Source: a bacterium (GTDB lineage Bacteria; UBA8248). From it: a stretch of 64,000 nt of DNA. The notes beneath the pieces are model-generated. The model saw nothing but the letters and a program-made list of their open reading frames with translations. It was not told the origin of the DNA and did no database searches. The stretch is from contig OZ241875.1 of assembly GCA_965203325.1 (NCBI GenBank), positions 3,936,001-4,000,000 of the forward strand. Direction: 5' to 3'. Numbering within the stretch: position 1 is the first letter of the stretch; the number at the start of each line of letters is the position of its first letter. The translations under genes were made by a program, and so were the position numbers. Shown piece after piece: positions 1 to 10,270 of this stretch.

Positions 1-2
1 CT

Positions 3-695
3 CTAGCGATTGGTTTGTTCAATCTCGGGCAAATCTTCTTGTAGTTTTCTCAACCGGCGGCGTAATTGAGTCATTTCCTCGATGATGTTTTCTTCTTTTT
101 GGTAAGTGAGTAGCGTTCGCTCCAATTCTCTCGCTTCGGCAGCCAGCCTGCGTCTTTCCGAAGGATTTCTTGAGCGGATTTGCTGTCGTTCGATATCTCG
201 AATGCGTTGTCGCAATTCTTCGAGAGTCATCGTCGTACGTGGTGGCAGAGGCATTTCTTTTGAGGTTGTATTTCGCGTAATTTCCCTGGCTGTTTGCCGG
301 GCTTGACCGGGCCTCAGGTTTTCCTCCACTGCAGCAGGAGTTCTAGATGGGAACCGGTCCTGCGAGCGCGGCGTTTCAGGAATACGGACTGCGGGGCTTT
401 TTTTGTCTTCAGTACTCTTATCGTTTGCAGGTTGTTTTTCTTCGGTGTCATTTCGCCCGTATGCGTGGTTCCGCTGATAATTTCCGATCGTGATCAGCGT
501 ATTCGTAACGGCTCGCTGAGTCTTGAAGTATGCGGACCGAGCAGTGGATTTCGTCTTCTCCCAAATTTCTTGTGAAGAAAAGCTGCTTCCGGTACAACCC
601 CCGGCCAGAAAGCTCAGCAACACAGCGGATAAAAGAATCAGTTTTCTTGCAGAATAGAAATCAGTTTGCGATTTGCTCGAATTCAGGCGTTTCAT
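3..695 (-). CDS. Hypothetical lipoprotein with C-terminal coiled coil
   Basis: Hydrophobic stretch ending in lipobox-like LAGGC; low-complexity linker; E/R/L-rich heptad C-terminus; overlaps the hflX stop by 35 nt. Confidence 0.6.
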   Translation of the reverse strand: MKRLNSSKSQTDFYSARKLILLSAVLLSFLAGGCTGSSFSSQEIWEKTKSTARSAYFKTQRAVTNTLITIGNYQRNHAYGRNDTEEKQPANDKSTEDKKSPAVRIPETPRSQDRFPSRTPAAVEENLRPGQARQTAREITRNTTSKEMPLPPRTTMTLEELRQRIRDIERQQIRSRNPSERRRLAAEARELERTLLTYQKEENIIEEMTQLRRRLRKLQEDLPEIEQTNR

Positions 696-2376
696 CTTGT
701 CTGTCCATGCTCAATAGGCGGTGGGCTGCCTCCTCCACTAGGGGGATAAGGCTTTCGGCGTCTATGCCGCTTACGGGGATACCGTTGAATCGACGACACA
801 GATTGGCCAGACGGATGTCATCCGTCTGGTCCATTTTGTTGAAAACCCGAATGAGAGGCGTGCCTTTCAGCCCAATCTCATCCAGGATTTTCTCCACAGC
901 AAGAAGGTTGTCCTCACAATGCTGAGAAGAGGCGTCGATTACGTGAAGGAGAAGGTCCGCTTCGCTCAGTTCCTCCAATGTCGAGTGGAACGCTCCTATC
1001 AACTCCTGAGGGAGGTCGTGAATGAAACCGACGGTATCGGTGATGATGACTTCCTGCTCGCGCGGGAGTCTGAGTCTTCGGCTCGATGTGTCCAGGGTGG
1101 CGAAGAGTCGGTCTTCGGCCATGATATTGCTGTTCGTTAAAGCGTTCAGCAATGTGGATTTCCCCGCGTTGGTATAGCCCACTAGGGAGAGAATCGGCAC
1201 CTGGCGACGCTGGCGCAGCCTTCTCCCCTGAGAGCGTTTTTTTTGTAAATTTCCGAGTTCTTTCTCCACTCTGCGAATGCGCTCGAACGCGCGACGGCGA
1301 TGAATTTCCAGCTTCGTTTCGCCCGGCCCCCTGCCGCCGATGCCGCCGGTGAGTCTGCTCAAGGCCGTGTGTTGGGAGGAGATTCGGGGCAGCGTATATC
1401 GCAACAACGCCAACTCCACCTGAAGTTTTCCCACGCGGCTCTTTGCTCTTTGGGCGAAAATGTCAAGGATGATCTGCGTCCGGTCAAGGATTTTCAGATC
1501 GGTGAATTCGGATAAATTCTTGATTTGCGAGGGCGTCAACTCGCTGGAGAAGAACAGGGCTTCGGCTCCCACCTGCATCGAATTCATCAGGACATCCGCC
1601 AGCCGGCCTTTGCCAATCACGAAGCGAGGGTCCGGCTTCTTGCGGCGCTGCAGTATTTGTCCGCAGGGGATGAAACCGGCCTCACGTGTGAGAAGGGACA
1701 ATTCCTCGAACTCGGTCTCAGGGGAGCGGTTCGAGTTCTGCCCGGTATCGAGATGCACCAATATGGCGCGCTCACCCTCTTCGAGTTCAATGGATGTTTT
1801 CTGTAGTCGGGCGAACTCACTCTCAAGAGAGTTGATGAGGGCCTCGATGTCGATTCGGGTCGATTCGAGATTCGGGAACGACTGGATTTCCCATGGAGCG
1901 CGATTCTTCTCTAAGGTCAAGTGGCCGTTGGCTTGCCCACTCTCGTCAGGAGGCCGGGGTGTAATGTGGGCGAATTGGAAGCGGCCCGTATTCCCGTCAT
2001 CCACGACTTCAATGACTCCCATGGCGTCGAGGCGGAGGAGGGCCATATCCGTCAGGTCTTCCTGGGATAACGGGGAGGCGTTTAAGTGGGTGTGTACGCA
2101 CCGAAGGCCTCTGAGTCTGGCCGTTCCGGCCCGTGCGCGGCCCAGTTCCGGGATTTCGATCCCCCGCGCGTCCCCGATGATCACGTAGCGCACGACGCCG
2201 AGCCGATCGATGAGCAAACCGATTTGACGCGAGATTTCATGAGATAAAAATGCCAGTTCGCGGCCAAGCTCTAAATGAATGAATTGACCGGGTGGAATTT
2301 TGCGGCGGTAAAGCCTTTCCAGAACTTTCATTTGCTTAGGCTTCAGCCCGGTGAGGCGACCATGAAGTCTAGCGAT
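661..2376 (-). CDS. hflX: GTPase HflX with long N-terminal extension (probable ATC start at 2376; ORF-track ATG at 2331)
   Basis: G1 VGYTNAGKS, G2 LFATLD, G3 DTVGF, G4 NKMD, GGIGGRGPGETKLE motif. Confidence 0.95.
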   Translation of the reverse strand: MARLHGRLTGLKPKQMKVLERLYRRKIPPGQFIHLELGRELAFLSHEISRQIGLLIDRLGVVRYVIIGDARGIEIPELGRARAGTARLRGLRCVHTHLNASPLSQEDLTDMALLRLDAMGVIEVVDDGNTGRFQFAHITPRPPDESGQANGHLTLEKNRAPWEIQSFPNLESTRIDIEALINSLESEFARLQKTSIELEEGERAILVHLDTGQNSNRSPETEFEELSLLTREAGFIPCGQILQRRKKPDPRFVIGKGRLADVLMNSMQVGAEALFFSSELTPSQIKNLSEFTDLKILDRTQIILDIFAQRAKSRVGKLQVELALLRYTLPRISSQHTALSRLTGGIGGRGPGETKLEIHRRRAFERIRRVEKELGNLQKKRSQGRRLRQRRQVPILSLVGYTNAGKSTLLNALTNSNIMAEDRLFATLDTSSRRLRLPREQEVIITDTVGFIHDLPQELIGAFHSTLEELSEADLLLHVIDASSQHCEDNLLAVEKILDEIGLKGTPLIRVFNKMDQTDDIRLANLCRRFNGIPVSGIDAESLIPLVEEAAHRLLSMDRQDETPEFEQIAN

Positions 2377-2496
2377 GGTAAGGTACTCCCCAAATCAAAT
2401 GGGCGAAAATGAAGGGACTGCGCCAGCGATTTTTCCCATAGCATAAACGACAATCTGCCACCAAGATATGCTAAGTTTGCCCCTAACACAAGATGA

Positions 2497-2525
2497 TTGA
2501 CACTCCCCATAGTGTTCAATAGACT
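2497..2525 (+). promoter_or_regulatory. Sigma70-type promoter for mgtE
   Basis: TTGACA-17 nt-TAGACT about 48 nt upstream of the ATG at 2573. Confidence 0.6.
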
Positions 2526-2572
2526 CTACGCCCTTTGGACGCCATGTTTACTTGATTATTTGGGGATCAGCC

Positions 2573-3940
2573 ATGGTAAACGAGCGTGATCCGAGACTTC
2601 TTCGCGTAGAAGACATGGTGCGTCGGCTTTTAAGGCACAAGGCCGACGCTAACCTTTCCAATGCGCTGGAAAAAATGCACGCGGCCGAAGTGGCGCAGAT
2701 TTTTCAGCATTTCCTGCCCGAAGAACGCCAGGAAGCGTTTTCCCTCGTCCAAAATCGTGAGCACCGCGCCTCCATTCTGACGGAATCGGATTCTCACATC
2801 GTACGGGAACTCCTGGAGCCGGTGTCGAATCAGGACGTCGTCCCACTGATCAAGGAATTGGACAGCGACGACGCGAGATACATTCTCGAAACCCTGCCAG
2901 ATGAGCGTTCCCAGGAAATCGTTGCGCTCCTCGATGCGCCGGAAACAGAGGCGATACAGGACATGATGGCGTATATGCCGGAAACCGCCGGCGCCATCAT
3001 GACGGATTCCTATGTGGCTCTTCCCGAGGAGCTTACTGTGAATGAGGCCATCTCCCAGGTGCGGAAAGCGAGCGAGGTGGACTATATATTCTATGTGTAC
3101 GTCATCGATTCGAATGGTTGCCTGAGAGGGGTGATTACTCTTCGTCAACTCTTGCTGGCGGATCCGTCCAAAAGCTTGTCCGAAATCATGATTACCAACG
3201 TCTGGAGCGAAAACGTACATGCCGACCAGGAGCACGTCGCACGCGTCGTCTCTCGCTACAACATTTTGGCCATACCCGTTGTGGATGACGACAACGTCCT
3301 GGTCGGAATCATCACGGTGGATGACGTGCTCGACGTCATCAGAGAAGAAGCGACCGAGGATATCCTGAAAATGGCGGGAACGCACTCCTATCAAGACGAG
3401 GTGACGTCGCTTTCCGCAAGGCGCCTTGCGTGGATTCGTTTACCCTGGCTGTTCTTCAGTTGGCTGGGGGGCATTCTCGCCGCCCAGTTGATCCATCAGT
3501 ACTCAGACCAATTGAGTAAAATTGTGGCTCTCGCCGCGTTCATGCCGGTTATCATTGGTATGGCGGGCAACGTGGGCACACAAAGCGCCACCATCGTGGT
3601 GCGTGGCTTGGCGACAGGGCGCATCGATCCCAAATCATGGCTTCGCGTCATCTCGAAAGAGGTGGCCGTCGGGACGCTTCTGGGCATTTGCTATGGCTTG
3701 TTGTTGGGGTTGTTGGCAACGTACCAGTTCGCCTCCGTCGCCTGGTTGGGCTTCGTCGTGGGTCTTGCGATATGCGTGGTGATGATGTTCTCTGCCCTTC
3801 TGGCCTCGTTTTTACCGTTGCTGCTTCATCGTTTTCGGGTGGATCCCGCCGTGGCGACAGGGCCTTTCGTCACGACCGGGGTCGATGTCCTGGGACTTTT
3901 GATTTACTTTAACATCGCTCGTTTCTTTCTTTTTTCATAA
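2573..3940 (+). CDS. mgtE: Magnesium transporter MgtE
   Basis: MgtE_N helices, tandem CBS domains (YVYVID, IPVVD), RLPWL, GNVGTQS and DPAVATGPFVTTGVD transmembrane motifs. Confidence 0.95.
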   Translation: MVNERDPRLLRVEDMVRRLLRHKADANLSNALEKMHAAEVAQIFQHFLPEERQEAFSLVQNREHRASILTESDSHIVRELLEPVSNQDVVPLIKELDSDDARYILETLPDERSQEIVALLDAPETEAIQDMMAYMPETAGAIMTDSYVALPEELTVNEAISQVRKASEVDYIFYVYVIDSNGCLRGVITLRQLLLADPSKSLSEIMITNVWSENVHADQEHVARVVSRYNILAIPVVDDDNVLVGIITVDDVLDVIREEATEDILKMAGTHSYQDEVTSLSARRLAWIRLPWLFFSWLGGILAAQLIHQYSDQLSKIVALAAFMPVIIGMAGNVGTQSATIVVRGLATGRIDPKSWLRVISKEVAVGTLLGICYGLLLGLLATYQFASVAWLGFVVGLAICVVMMFSALLASFLPLLLHRFRVDPAVATGPFVTTGVDVLGLLIYFNIARFFLFS

Positions 3941-3961
3941 CCGCTCATAGGTTAATCCGGC

Positions 3962-4387
3962 TTGGCTCTTTCCATCGATTTCCGTGTAAGGTATGCCGAA
4001 ACCGACCAGATGGGCGTGGTGCACCACGCGGTCTATTATGTGTGGTTCGAGCAGTTGAGAACGGAGTATTTTCGTAAAATCGGGTTTCCCTACGGGCAAC
4101 TCGAAGAACAGGGCGTTTTCTTTCCCGTGGTGGAGAGCCGTTGCGAGTACAAGGAAGGCGCCCGGTATGATGGCGAGGTGAGGGTCACCGGCTGGTTCAG
4201 AGAGCCCGAGGGCGTCCGGGTCCGGATCGATTATCTGGTGGAGCAGGAGGGGCGGATTCTGGTGAAAGGCTATACGCTTCATGCGAGAACCGATGCGGGC
4301 GGAAAACCAAGACGCATTCCGCCTGAAATTCTCAAAAAGATAAGAGAGGAGGCCGCGCCCGTCCCAGAGGGGGTGCATCTGAAGTAG
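3962..4387 (+). CDS. Acyl-CoA thioesterase (YbgC/4HBT hotdog family)
   Basis: RVRYAETDQMGVVHHAVYYVWFE signature. Confidence 0.9.
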   Translation: MALSIDFRVRYAETDQMGVVHHAVYYVWFEQLRTEYFRKIGFPYGQLEEQGVFFPVVESRCEYKEGARYDGEVRVTGWFREPEGVRVRIDYLVEQEGRILVKGYTLHARTDAGGKPRRIPPEILKKIREEAAPVPEGVHLK

Positions 4388-4461
4388 CGCAAGTATTTTG
4401 AAACAGCCGCAGTGCCTGTATAAGAATTCAAGAGACATATACCGGAAAATTGAGGAAATTG

Positions 4462-7074
4462 ATGCTCGGCGAATATAGTCCATCAAGTTACGAGGAAAAG
4501 TGGCAGAATCATTGGGCACAGGAGAAGATTTTCGAAACCTCCGATCATCCCGGTGAGAAGCCCACCTATTATTCCCTGATGATGTTTCCCTATCCGTCGG
4601 GTGACCTGCACATGGGCCACGCCTGTAACTACACGATGGGCGACGCCATCAGTCGTTACCGGAAGATGCGCGGCTTCGAAGTCTTACACCCCATGGGCTG
4701 GGACGCCTTGGGGTTGCCCGCGGAGAACGCCGCCATCAATGCCGGCGCGCACCCCGCCGAGTGGACGAAAAAAAACGTCGACAACATGAGACGCCAGCTT
4801 CGCATGGCGGGTCTCGCCTATGACTGGCCACGCGAGATTTCCACAGCGCATCCGGGCTATTACAAGTGGACGCAGTGGATATTCCTCAAAATGTTGGAGA
4901 ACGGCCTGGCGTATAAACGCGAGGCCCTCGTCAATTGGGACCCGGTGGATGGCACGGTTCTCGCGAACGAGCAGATTCACGACGGCATCGCCTGGCGCAG
5001 CGGGGCCAAAGTGGAAAAACGCTGGCTCAGCCAGTGGTTCTTGAAGATTACCGACTATGCGCAACGCTTGCTCGACGATCTGGATGGCCTCGTCGGCTGG
5101 CCCGAGCACGTCAAGCAGCAACAAAGAAACTGGCTGGGGCGCAGCGAGGGTGCGCGAATCGATTTCAAACTCGAATCGACCGGCGAGACGCTCTCCGTGT
5201 TCACCACCAGACCGGATACGGTATACGGCGTCACTTTTATGGTCTGTGCGCCCGAGCATCCTCTCATCGATCAACTGCTGGAGGGCAATCCGCGCGCGGA
5301 TTCCATCCGCGAGGCCGTGGAGGTCATGCAGGCCCAGAGCGCTGCGGAGCGCATGAGCGAGGAGAGCGAAAAAACAGGCGTTGAAACGGGTCATTTCATC
5401 ATCAACCCCGTCAATGGTGATCGCGTGCCCTTGCTCGTAGCCGATTACGCGCTGATGGAATACGGCACGGGCATCGTGATGGGCGTGCCCGCGCACGATC
5501 AGCGCGATTTCCTTTTTGCCAGGAAATACGGCATCCCCGTCAAGGTGGTCATCCAGCATCCCGAGGGGGGGCTCGCTGGCGACACGATGGAGCAGGCCTA
5601 CACCGAAGACGGCGTGATGGAGAACTCTGGTCCCTTTGACGGGCAGCCGAACCGCGAAGCGTATCCGAGGATGATCGATTATTTCGCAGATAATGGTTTT
5701 GGGGATAAGACCATCAACTGGCGCCTGAGAGACTGGCTCATTTCGCGTCAGCGTTATTGGGGGGTGCCGATTCCCGTCATTTATGAGGAAGACGGCAGCA
5801 TCACTCCGGTGCCGGACGACCATCTGCCCGTCATGCACCCACGCGACGTCGAGTTCACGGGCCGGGGCGGAAATCCTCTGGATCAGAGTGAAGATTTCGT
5901 GAACGTCATCAGTCCGAAAACAGGCAGGCCCGCGCGCCGTGAGACCGACACGATGGACACTTTCGTGGATTCGTCCTGGTATTACCTGCGATACGTGAGC
6001 CCCCGCGATGATGACGCCGTATTCCAGTCGGAAAACGTGAACCGCTGGCTGCCGGTGACGCAGTACATCGGGGGGGCGGAACACGCCGTCATGCACCTGC
6101 TGTACTCGCGGTTTTTCACAAAAGTGCTCTACGACCTGGGGCTCGTCTCCTTCGAAGAGCCGTTCGAAAATCTCTTCACCCAGGGAATGGTATGCAGGAT
6201 GGCCTATTATGTGGCCGATGCGCGTGGCCGCATCTGGGTGCCTTATCAGGATGTGGACGAGGAATCTCTGGTCGTCACGACGGACGGCCCAACTGGCAGT
6301 GGCTACGAGGCCGGGCAAAAAGTGCTCACCGAGATGGCCTCGATGAGCAAATCGAAGATGAACGGAGTCTCGATTGAAGAATGCACGGGGAAATACGGGG
6401 CGGATGCGGGCAGGCTCTATACGCTGTTCATCGGCCCTCCCGAGCGCTCGAAGGAATGGCGCGATGACGGCCTGATCGGCGTGCACCGCTTCCTGCAAAG
6501 GCTTTGGAGCACGTTCTCAGAGCGCCTCGAAGGCTGGCGGGAAGCGGAGGCCTATTCAGGGGATGGGGATGGACTATCCGCTTCAGGGAGAAAACTCAGG
6601 CGGGACGCCCACGCCACCTTGAAGGCTGTGACGGAAGTTTATGCGCACTCCTTCTCGTTCAACACGGCGGTGGCGCGCATCATGGAACTGGCCACGTCGC
6701 TTCGTGCAGAGGCCAATGCCGAAAATGCGGCGCAGCGCGAAGCGGCCCAGATTCTGCTTTGCTGTATGGCGCCCATGGCGCCTCACGTTGCTGAGGAGCT
6801 CTGGCAGGCCCTGGGCACGGGTGGGGGAGAGGCGAGTATCTTCCGTGAAACATGGCCGGAGGTGAACGAGGCGGCCATTGCCGCCGAGGAGAAAGAATTC
6901 GCCGTACAGGTAAACGGAAAGACGAGGCGCACGTTCATGGCGCTGCCGGACGCGTCGGAGGAGGAATTGAAGAAAAAGGCGGAAGCCGTAACGGCCGGCT
7001 ATATCGGCGATAAAGAGATCGTGAAGCACATCGTCGTGCCCGGTCGTCTGGTGAACCTGATTGTGAAGGGGTAG
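4462..7074 (+). CDS. leuS: Leucine--tRNA ligase
   Basis: MFPYPSG..HMGH, editing-domain FTTRPDT and VPAHDQRD, DWLISRQRYWG, SMSKS, C-terminal VPGRLVNLIV. Confidence 0.98.
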   Translation: MLGEYSPSSYEEKWQNHWAQEKIFETSDHPGEKPTYYSLMMFPYPSGDLHMGHACNYTMGDAISRYRKMRGFEVLHPMGWDALGLPAENAAINAGAHPAEWTKKNVDNMRRQLRMAGLAYDWPREISTAHPGYYKWTQWIFLKMLENGLAYKREALVNWDPVDGTVLANEQIHDGIAWRSGAKVEKRWLSQWFLKITDYAQRLLDDLDGLVGWPEHVKQQQRNWLGRSEGARIDFKLESTGETLSVFTTRPDTVYGVTFMVCAPEHPLIDQLLEGNPRADSIREAVEVMQAQSAAERMSEESEKTGVETGHFIINPVNGDRVPLLVADYALMEYGTGIVMGVPAHDQRDFLFARKYGIPVKVVIQHPEGGLAGDTMEQAYTEDGVMENSGPFDGQPNREAYPRMIDYFADNGFGDKTINWRLRDWLISRQRYWGVPIPVIYEEDGSITPVPDDHLPVMHPRDVEFTGRGGNPLDQSEDFVNVISPKTGRPARRETDTMDTFVDSSWYYLRYVSPRDDDAVFQSENVNRWLPVTQYIGGAEHAVMHLLYSRFFTKVLYDLGLVSFEEPFENLFTQGMVCRMAYYVADARGRIWVPYQDVDEESLVVTTDGPTGSGYEAGQKVLTEMASMSKSKMNGVSIEECTGKYGADAGRLYTLFIGPPERSKEWRDDGLIGVHRFLQRLWSTFSERLEGWREAEAYSGDGDGLSASGRKLRRDAHATLKAVTEVYAHSFSFNTAVARIMELATSLRAEANAENAAQREAAQILLCCMAPMAPHVAEELWQALGTGGGEASIFRETWPEVNEAAIAAEEKEFAVQVNGKTRRTFMALPDASEEELKKKAEAVTAGYIGDKEIVKHIVVPGRLVNLIVKG

Positions 7075-7133
7075 ATGACTCCGGTATCATTTTTGGAGCG
7101 ATATAACGGGAATGATTCATAATGTCATGACTT

Positions 7134-7604
7134 ATGGAGAGGAGATGGAAAATGGCCGAGCGCCCGACCGAAATGGATGAATTTTTACAAGAACCACACA
7201 TGGCGAGAATCGCCACCACGAATGCGGATGGCTCACCGCACGTCGTCCCGCTTTTGTATCTGTTCAATCCCGAGGATGCGAGTTTTTTCATCAGCACGGG
7301 TGAAGATTCGGTTTCGGTGAGAAACTTAAAGCGCAATCCGGCCTTTGCGATTTGCATCGATGATGAGAATGCTCCGTTTCGCGCTGTAGTCGTGGAAGGG
7401 GAAGCGCAGGTTTCCGAGACGATGGGAACGGACCACGAGGGGCTGAAAAGTGTGGTGGACCACTTCTTCGGGCCTGAAATGTGGGCGAATTACGTCAATA
7501 CGCCCATCGCGCAGAAAATACGCGTGCGCATCACCATGGTGCCCAAGAAGTGGAAATGGTGGGATTACCGCAGAATGTTGATGGGTTCGGTGACGGTAGA
7601 CTAG
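7134..7604 (+). CDS. Pyridoxamine 5'-phosphate oxidase-like (PPOX/FMN- or F420-binding split barrel) protein
   Basis: ARIATTNADGSPHVVP...RNLKRNP...VVVEGEA. Confidence 0.85.
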   Translation: MERRWKMAERPTEMDEFLQEPHMARIATTNADGSPHVVPLLYLFNPEDASFFISTGEDSVSVRNLKRNPAFAICIDDENAPFRAVVVEGEAQVSETMGTDHEGLKSVVDHFFGPEMWANYVNTPIAQKIRVRITMVPKKWKWWDYRRMLMGSVTVD

Positions 7605-7620
7605 GTTAGCTGGCGACAGG

Positions 7621-7654
7621 AAAGCCCCGGAGAGTTATCTCCGGGGCTTTTTTT
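7621..7654. terminator. Bidirectional intrinsic terminator
   Basis: AAAGCCCCGGAGA-GTTA-TCTCCGGGGCTTTTTTT between convergent genes. Confidence 0.85.
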
Positions 7655-7658
7655 CGGT

Positions 7659-8486
7659 TCATTTCTTTCTCGCCCGTTGAATCATGCGGGCTAGCTGAGC
7701 CGAGGTGAGCGCGCCCGGGAACATTTGTTCGCCGATGACAAAGGCGGGTGTGCCACGTATGCCCAGAGAACGCGCCAGGGCGCGTGTCTTTACGATATAG
7801 GCATGGATGTCAGGCGCTTGCATGTCTTTTTTCAGGCGGGCCGTGTCGATGCCCACCGACGTGGCGATTTTCATAATGCTCGTTTCATCATAAGAGATTT
7901 TGGCCTTCATGAGAGCCTTGTGAAAAGCGAGGTATTTACCCTGTGCGCGCGAGGCGAGCGCCGCCCGGGCCGCCAATACCGAATTTGGACCCAGGACAGG
8001 GAATTCCTTGTAGACGATGCGGATTTTTTTGTCTTTTGCGAGCGCTTTCTCTACGACGGGGGCCACCCGCTTGCAAAACCCGCAGCGGTAATCGAAAAAC
8101 TCCACAATCGTCACGTCCCCGTTTAGGTTTCCGCCCACGGGGTCTTCGGGGTTTTCGTAGATTTGTTTCCTATTTTTCTGGATGGAAGCCTGAGCTGCCT
8201 GCGCGCGTTGCGCCTGTCTCTTTGCTTGTAAGGCTTGGATGGCCTCCTCGAGCACTTCGGGGTTGTTGATGAGATATTCTCTGATGATTTTCTCGATGCG
8301 CTTTTTGTCCAGGTTTTGCGCCACGAGGGCGGGGGAGGGCGCTGCTTTCGGCTTGACTTCTTTCGAGGCGAGTATGATTGCGGCGGGTGTATCTTTTTGA
8401 CTATTAGCGGATGGAAGCAGGAAAACGCCGGAGAAGAGTATGGCGCCGGCAAGCAGCACGGCCAGAAAACCTGTTTTTTTCGACAT
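7659..8486 (-). CDS. DsbA/DsbG (Com1-like) thiol-disulfide oxidoreductase
   Basis: Signal peptide; IVEFFDYRCGFCK; cis-Pro motif GIRGTPAF. Confidence 0.93.
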   Translation of the reverse strand: MSKKTGFLAVLLAGAILFSGVFLLPSANSQKDTPAAIILASKEVKPKAAPSPALVAQNLDKKRIEKIIREYLINNPEVLEEAIQALQAKRQAQRAQAAQASIQKNRKQIYENPEDPVGGNLNGDVTIVEFFDYRCGFCKRVAPVVEKALAKDKKIRIVYKEFPVLGPNSVLAARAALASRAQGKYLAFHKALMKAKISYDETSIMKIATSVGIDTARLKKDMQAPDIHAYIVKTRALARSLGIRGTPAFVIGEQMFPGALTSAQLARMIQRARKK

Positions 8487-8631
8487 TCGAATCCCCTTTC
8501 ATTGGGGTATGAAGCGGCTGATATACAAACGGGACTCGCGCGCGCCAACCACGCTTGCGCATGTTATGATGCCGCACCATTTTAGGCAAACGAATTTATT
8601 CTGCTCTGCATACGCTCTTGGAGGGATAGGA

Positions 8632-9141
8632 ATGGGTTGTAATGTCGCAAGGCTTGGTCACATGGGTATCCATGTGAGTGACGTGGAGCGCTCCATCAAG
8701 TTCTATCGTGACGTGGTAGGGCTCAAGCTGACGGGCAAGTGGGGTCCGCCCGATTTTTTCTGCCCGATTTGTTTTATGCGCTGCGCGGAGAAACACCACA
8801 CCCTGGTCCTTTTCGAGTTGCCCGAAGACGCTGTGAAAGCGGGCCTGACGACGACCGACTCGGAACATCGAACGGACGTGGGGCTCCACCATATCGCTTT
8901 TGAAGTGGATGACCGTGAAAATTGGCTTCTCGCCCAGGAACACGTGAAATCCTGCGGCGTCGAGTTCGTCTCGGGTCCCTATGTCCATGCGCATGAAGGG
9001 CTGGATGAGAACGGGTTCATCGGCGGAAGCGGAAGCCATGCTTTCTACTTTCTGGACCCTGATGGCAATCGGATAGAAATCTATTGCTGGATGATGCGTG
9101 TCACCAAGGCGAGCGTTTCCGCTCCCAACCCCGATCTGTAA
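8632..9141 (+). CDS. VOC/glyoxalase (extradiol dioxygenase-like) protein
   Basis: RLGHMGIHVSDVERSIKFY, GLHHIAFEV, FYFLDPDGNRIE; SD-like GGAGGGA upstream of ATG 8632. Confidence 0.9.
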   Translation: MGCNVARLGHMGIHVSDVERSIKFYRDVVGLKLTGKWGPPDFFCPICFMRCAEKHHTLVLFELPEDAVKAGLTTTDSEHRTDVGLHHIAFEVDDRENWLLAQEHVKSCGVEFVSGPYVHAHEGLDENGFIGGSGSHAFYFLDPDGNRIEIYCWMMRVTKASVSAPNPDL

Positions 9142-9159
9142 TGAAAGGTTTTTCCGCAC

Positions 9160-10212
9160 ATGAGTCAAAGTGAAGAGCGCATCGTCAACGCGGACGCTCT
9201 GCGCGATTTGATGGAGCGTATCCTGGCGGCCGCGGGTTGTTCGCACGAGCAATCGATGACGACGGCCGACCTATTGATAGAAGCCGATCTCAGGGGGTAT
9301 TCCACCCACGGCCTGATTCGCCTGCCCAATATGATCAGGAGAATCCAGAGCGGGATGATCAACGCCCGGGCCAGACCCCACGTCGTGCACGAGCGGGAAG
9401 CGACAGCGCTGGTAGAGGGCGACCGCGCCATGGGACCCGTGGGCGCGACTTATGGCGCGAGCCTCGCGGCCAGGAAAGCGGAAAAGGCGGGTTCCTGCGC
9501 CGTGGGGGTCGTGAACAGCGATCACATCTGCATGACGGGCTATTATGCCGAGCGCATCGCCCGTGCCGGCTGCGTGGGAATCGTCCTCGGCGTCACGCAG
9601 CCGCTCGTGCATCCATACGGGGGAGTGGAGCGCCTGATGGGCACGAATCCCTTTTCAATCGCCGTTCCAAAGAGCGGGGACGAACCCGTACTCCTCGATT
9701 TCGCGACGAGCGCGATTCCTTATGGGATGATCTTGAAGGCGAGCGTCACGGGAGAGCCGATTCCAGAAGGCGTGGCGGTAGGGCCGGATGGCGAACCGAC
9801 GACTGACGCCAAAACAGCCGCCGCGGGCGCAGTTGCGCCTTTTGGGCAGCACAAGGGTTACGGTCTTTGTCTGTTGATCGGCCTTTTGGCGGGGCCATTG
9901 CTAGGAGCCAAGGTCGGCAAGCCGCTCAGCCAGTCGGTGCAAGAGGGGCATTACGACAAGGGGGATTTGTTCATCGCCATCGACCCCTCCGCTTTCGGCG
10001 ATACGAAAATGTTCAGGGAGATGGTCGATTTCCACGTCGCCGAGGTAAAGAACACGCGCAAGGCGCCTGGCGTGGAGGAGATTCGCGTTCCGGGGGAACG
10101 CAGCTTCAGGGAGAAAGAAAGAAGGCTGCGGGAAGGAATCCCGGTGGGCGATGGTGTTTGGAAACAGGTGACGGAAATTGCCGGCGAACTCAAAGTAGCG
10201 ATGCCCGTCTGA
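9160..10212 (+). CDS. Ldh_2 family oxidoreductase (malate/sulfolactate/ureidoglycolate dehydrogenase-like)
   Basis: EADLRGYSTHGLIRL, GTNPFSIA, LLDFATS, HKGYGL, IRVPGE. Confidence 0.92.
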   Translation: MSQSEERIVNADALRDLMERILAAAGCSHEQSMTTADLLIEADLRGYSTHGLIRLPNMIRRIQSGMINARARPHVVHEREATALVEGDRAMGPVGATYGASLAARKAEKAGSCAVGVVNSDHICMTGYYAERIARAGCVGIVLGVTQPLVHPYGGVERLMGTNPFSIAVPKSGDEPVLLDFATSAIPYGMILKASVTGEPIPEGVAVGPDGEPTTDAKTAAAGAVAPFGQHKGYGLCLLIGLLAGPLLGAKVGKPLSQSVQEGHYDKGDLFIAIDPSAFGDTKMFREMVDFHVAEVKNTRKAPGVEEIRVPGERSFREKERRLREGIPVGDGVWKQVTEIAGELKVAMPV

Positions 10213-10270
10213 TTCTTGTATGCGGGAATTTTCTGTCTCACTTAACCATGCGTAAGGGCGCAATTTCATA

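Noticed and set aside
6337..6357. LeuRS KMSKS motif reads SMSKS
   Set aside because: The catalytic second Lys is retained and this variant occurs in other bacterial LeuRS
4684..6498. 604-aa antisense ORF opposite leuS (and similar long shadow ORFs at 55879-57675, 57216-58940, 62614-63978, 29733-31421, 20015-21265)
   Set aside because: They overlap well-supported genes, have no recognisable motifs, and are expected from GC-rich codon bias
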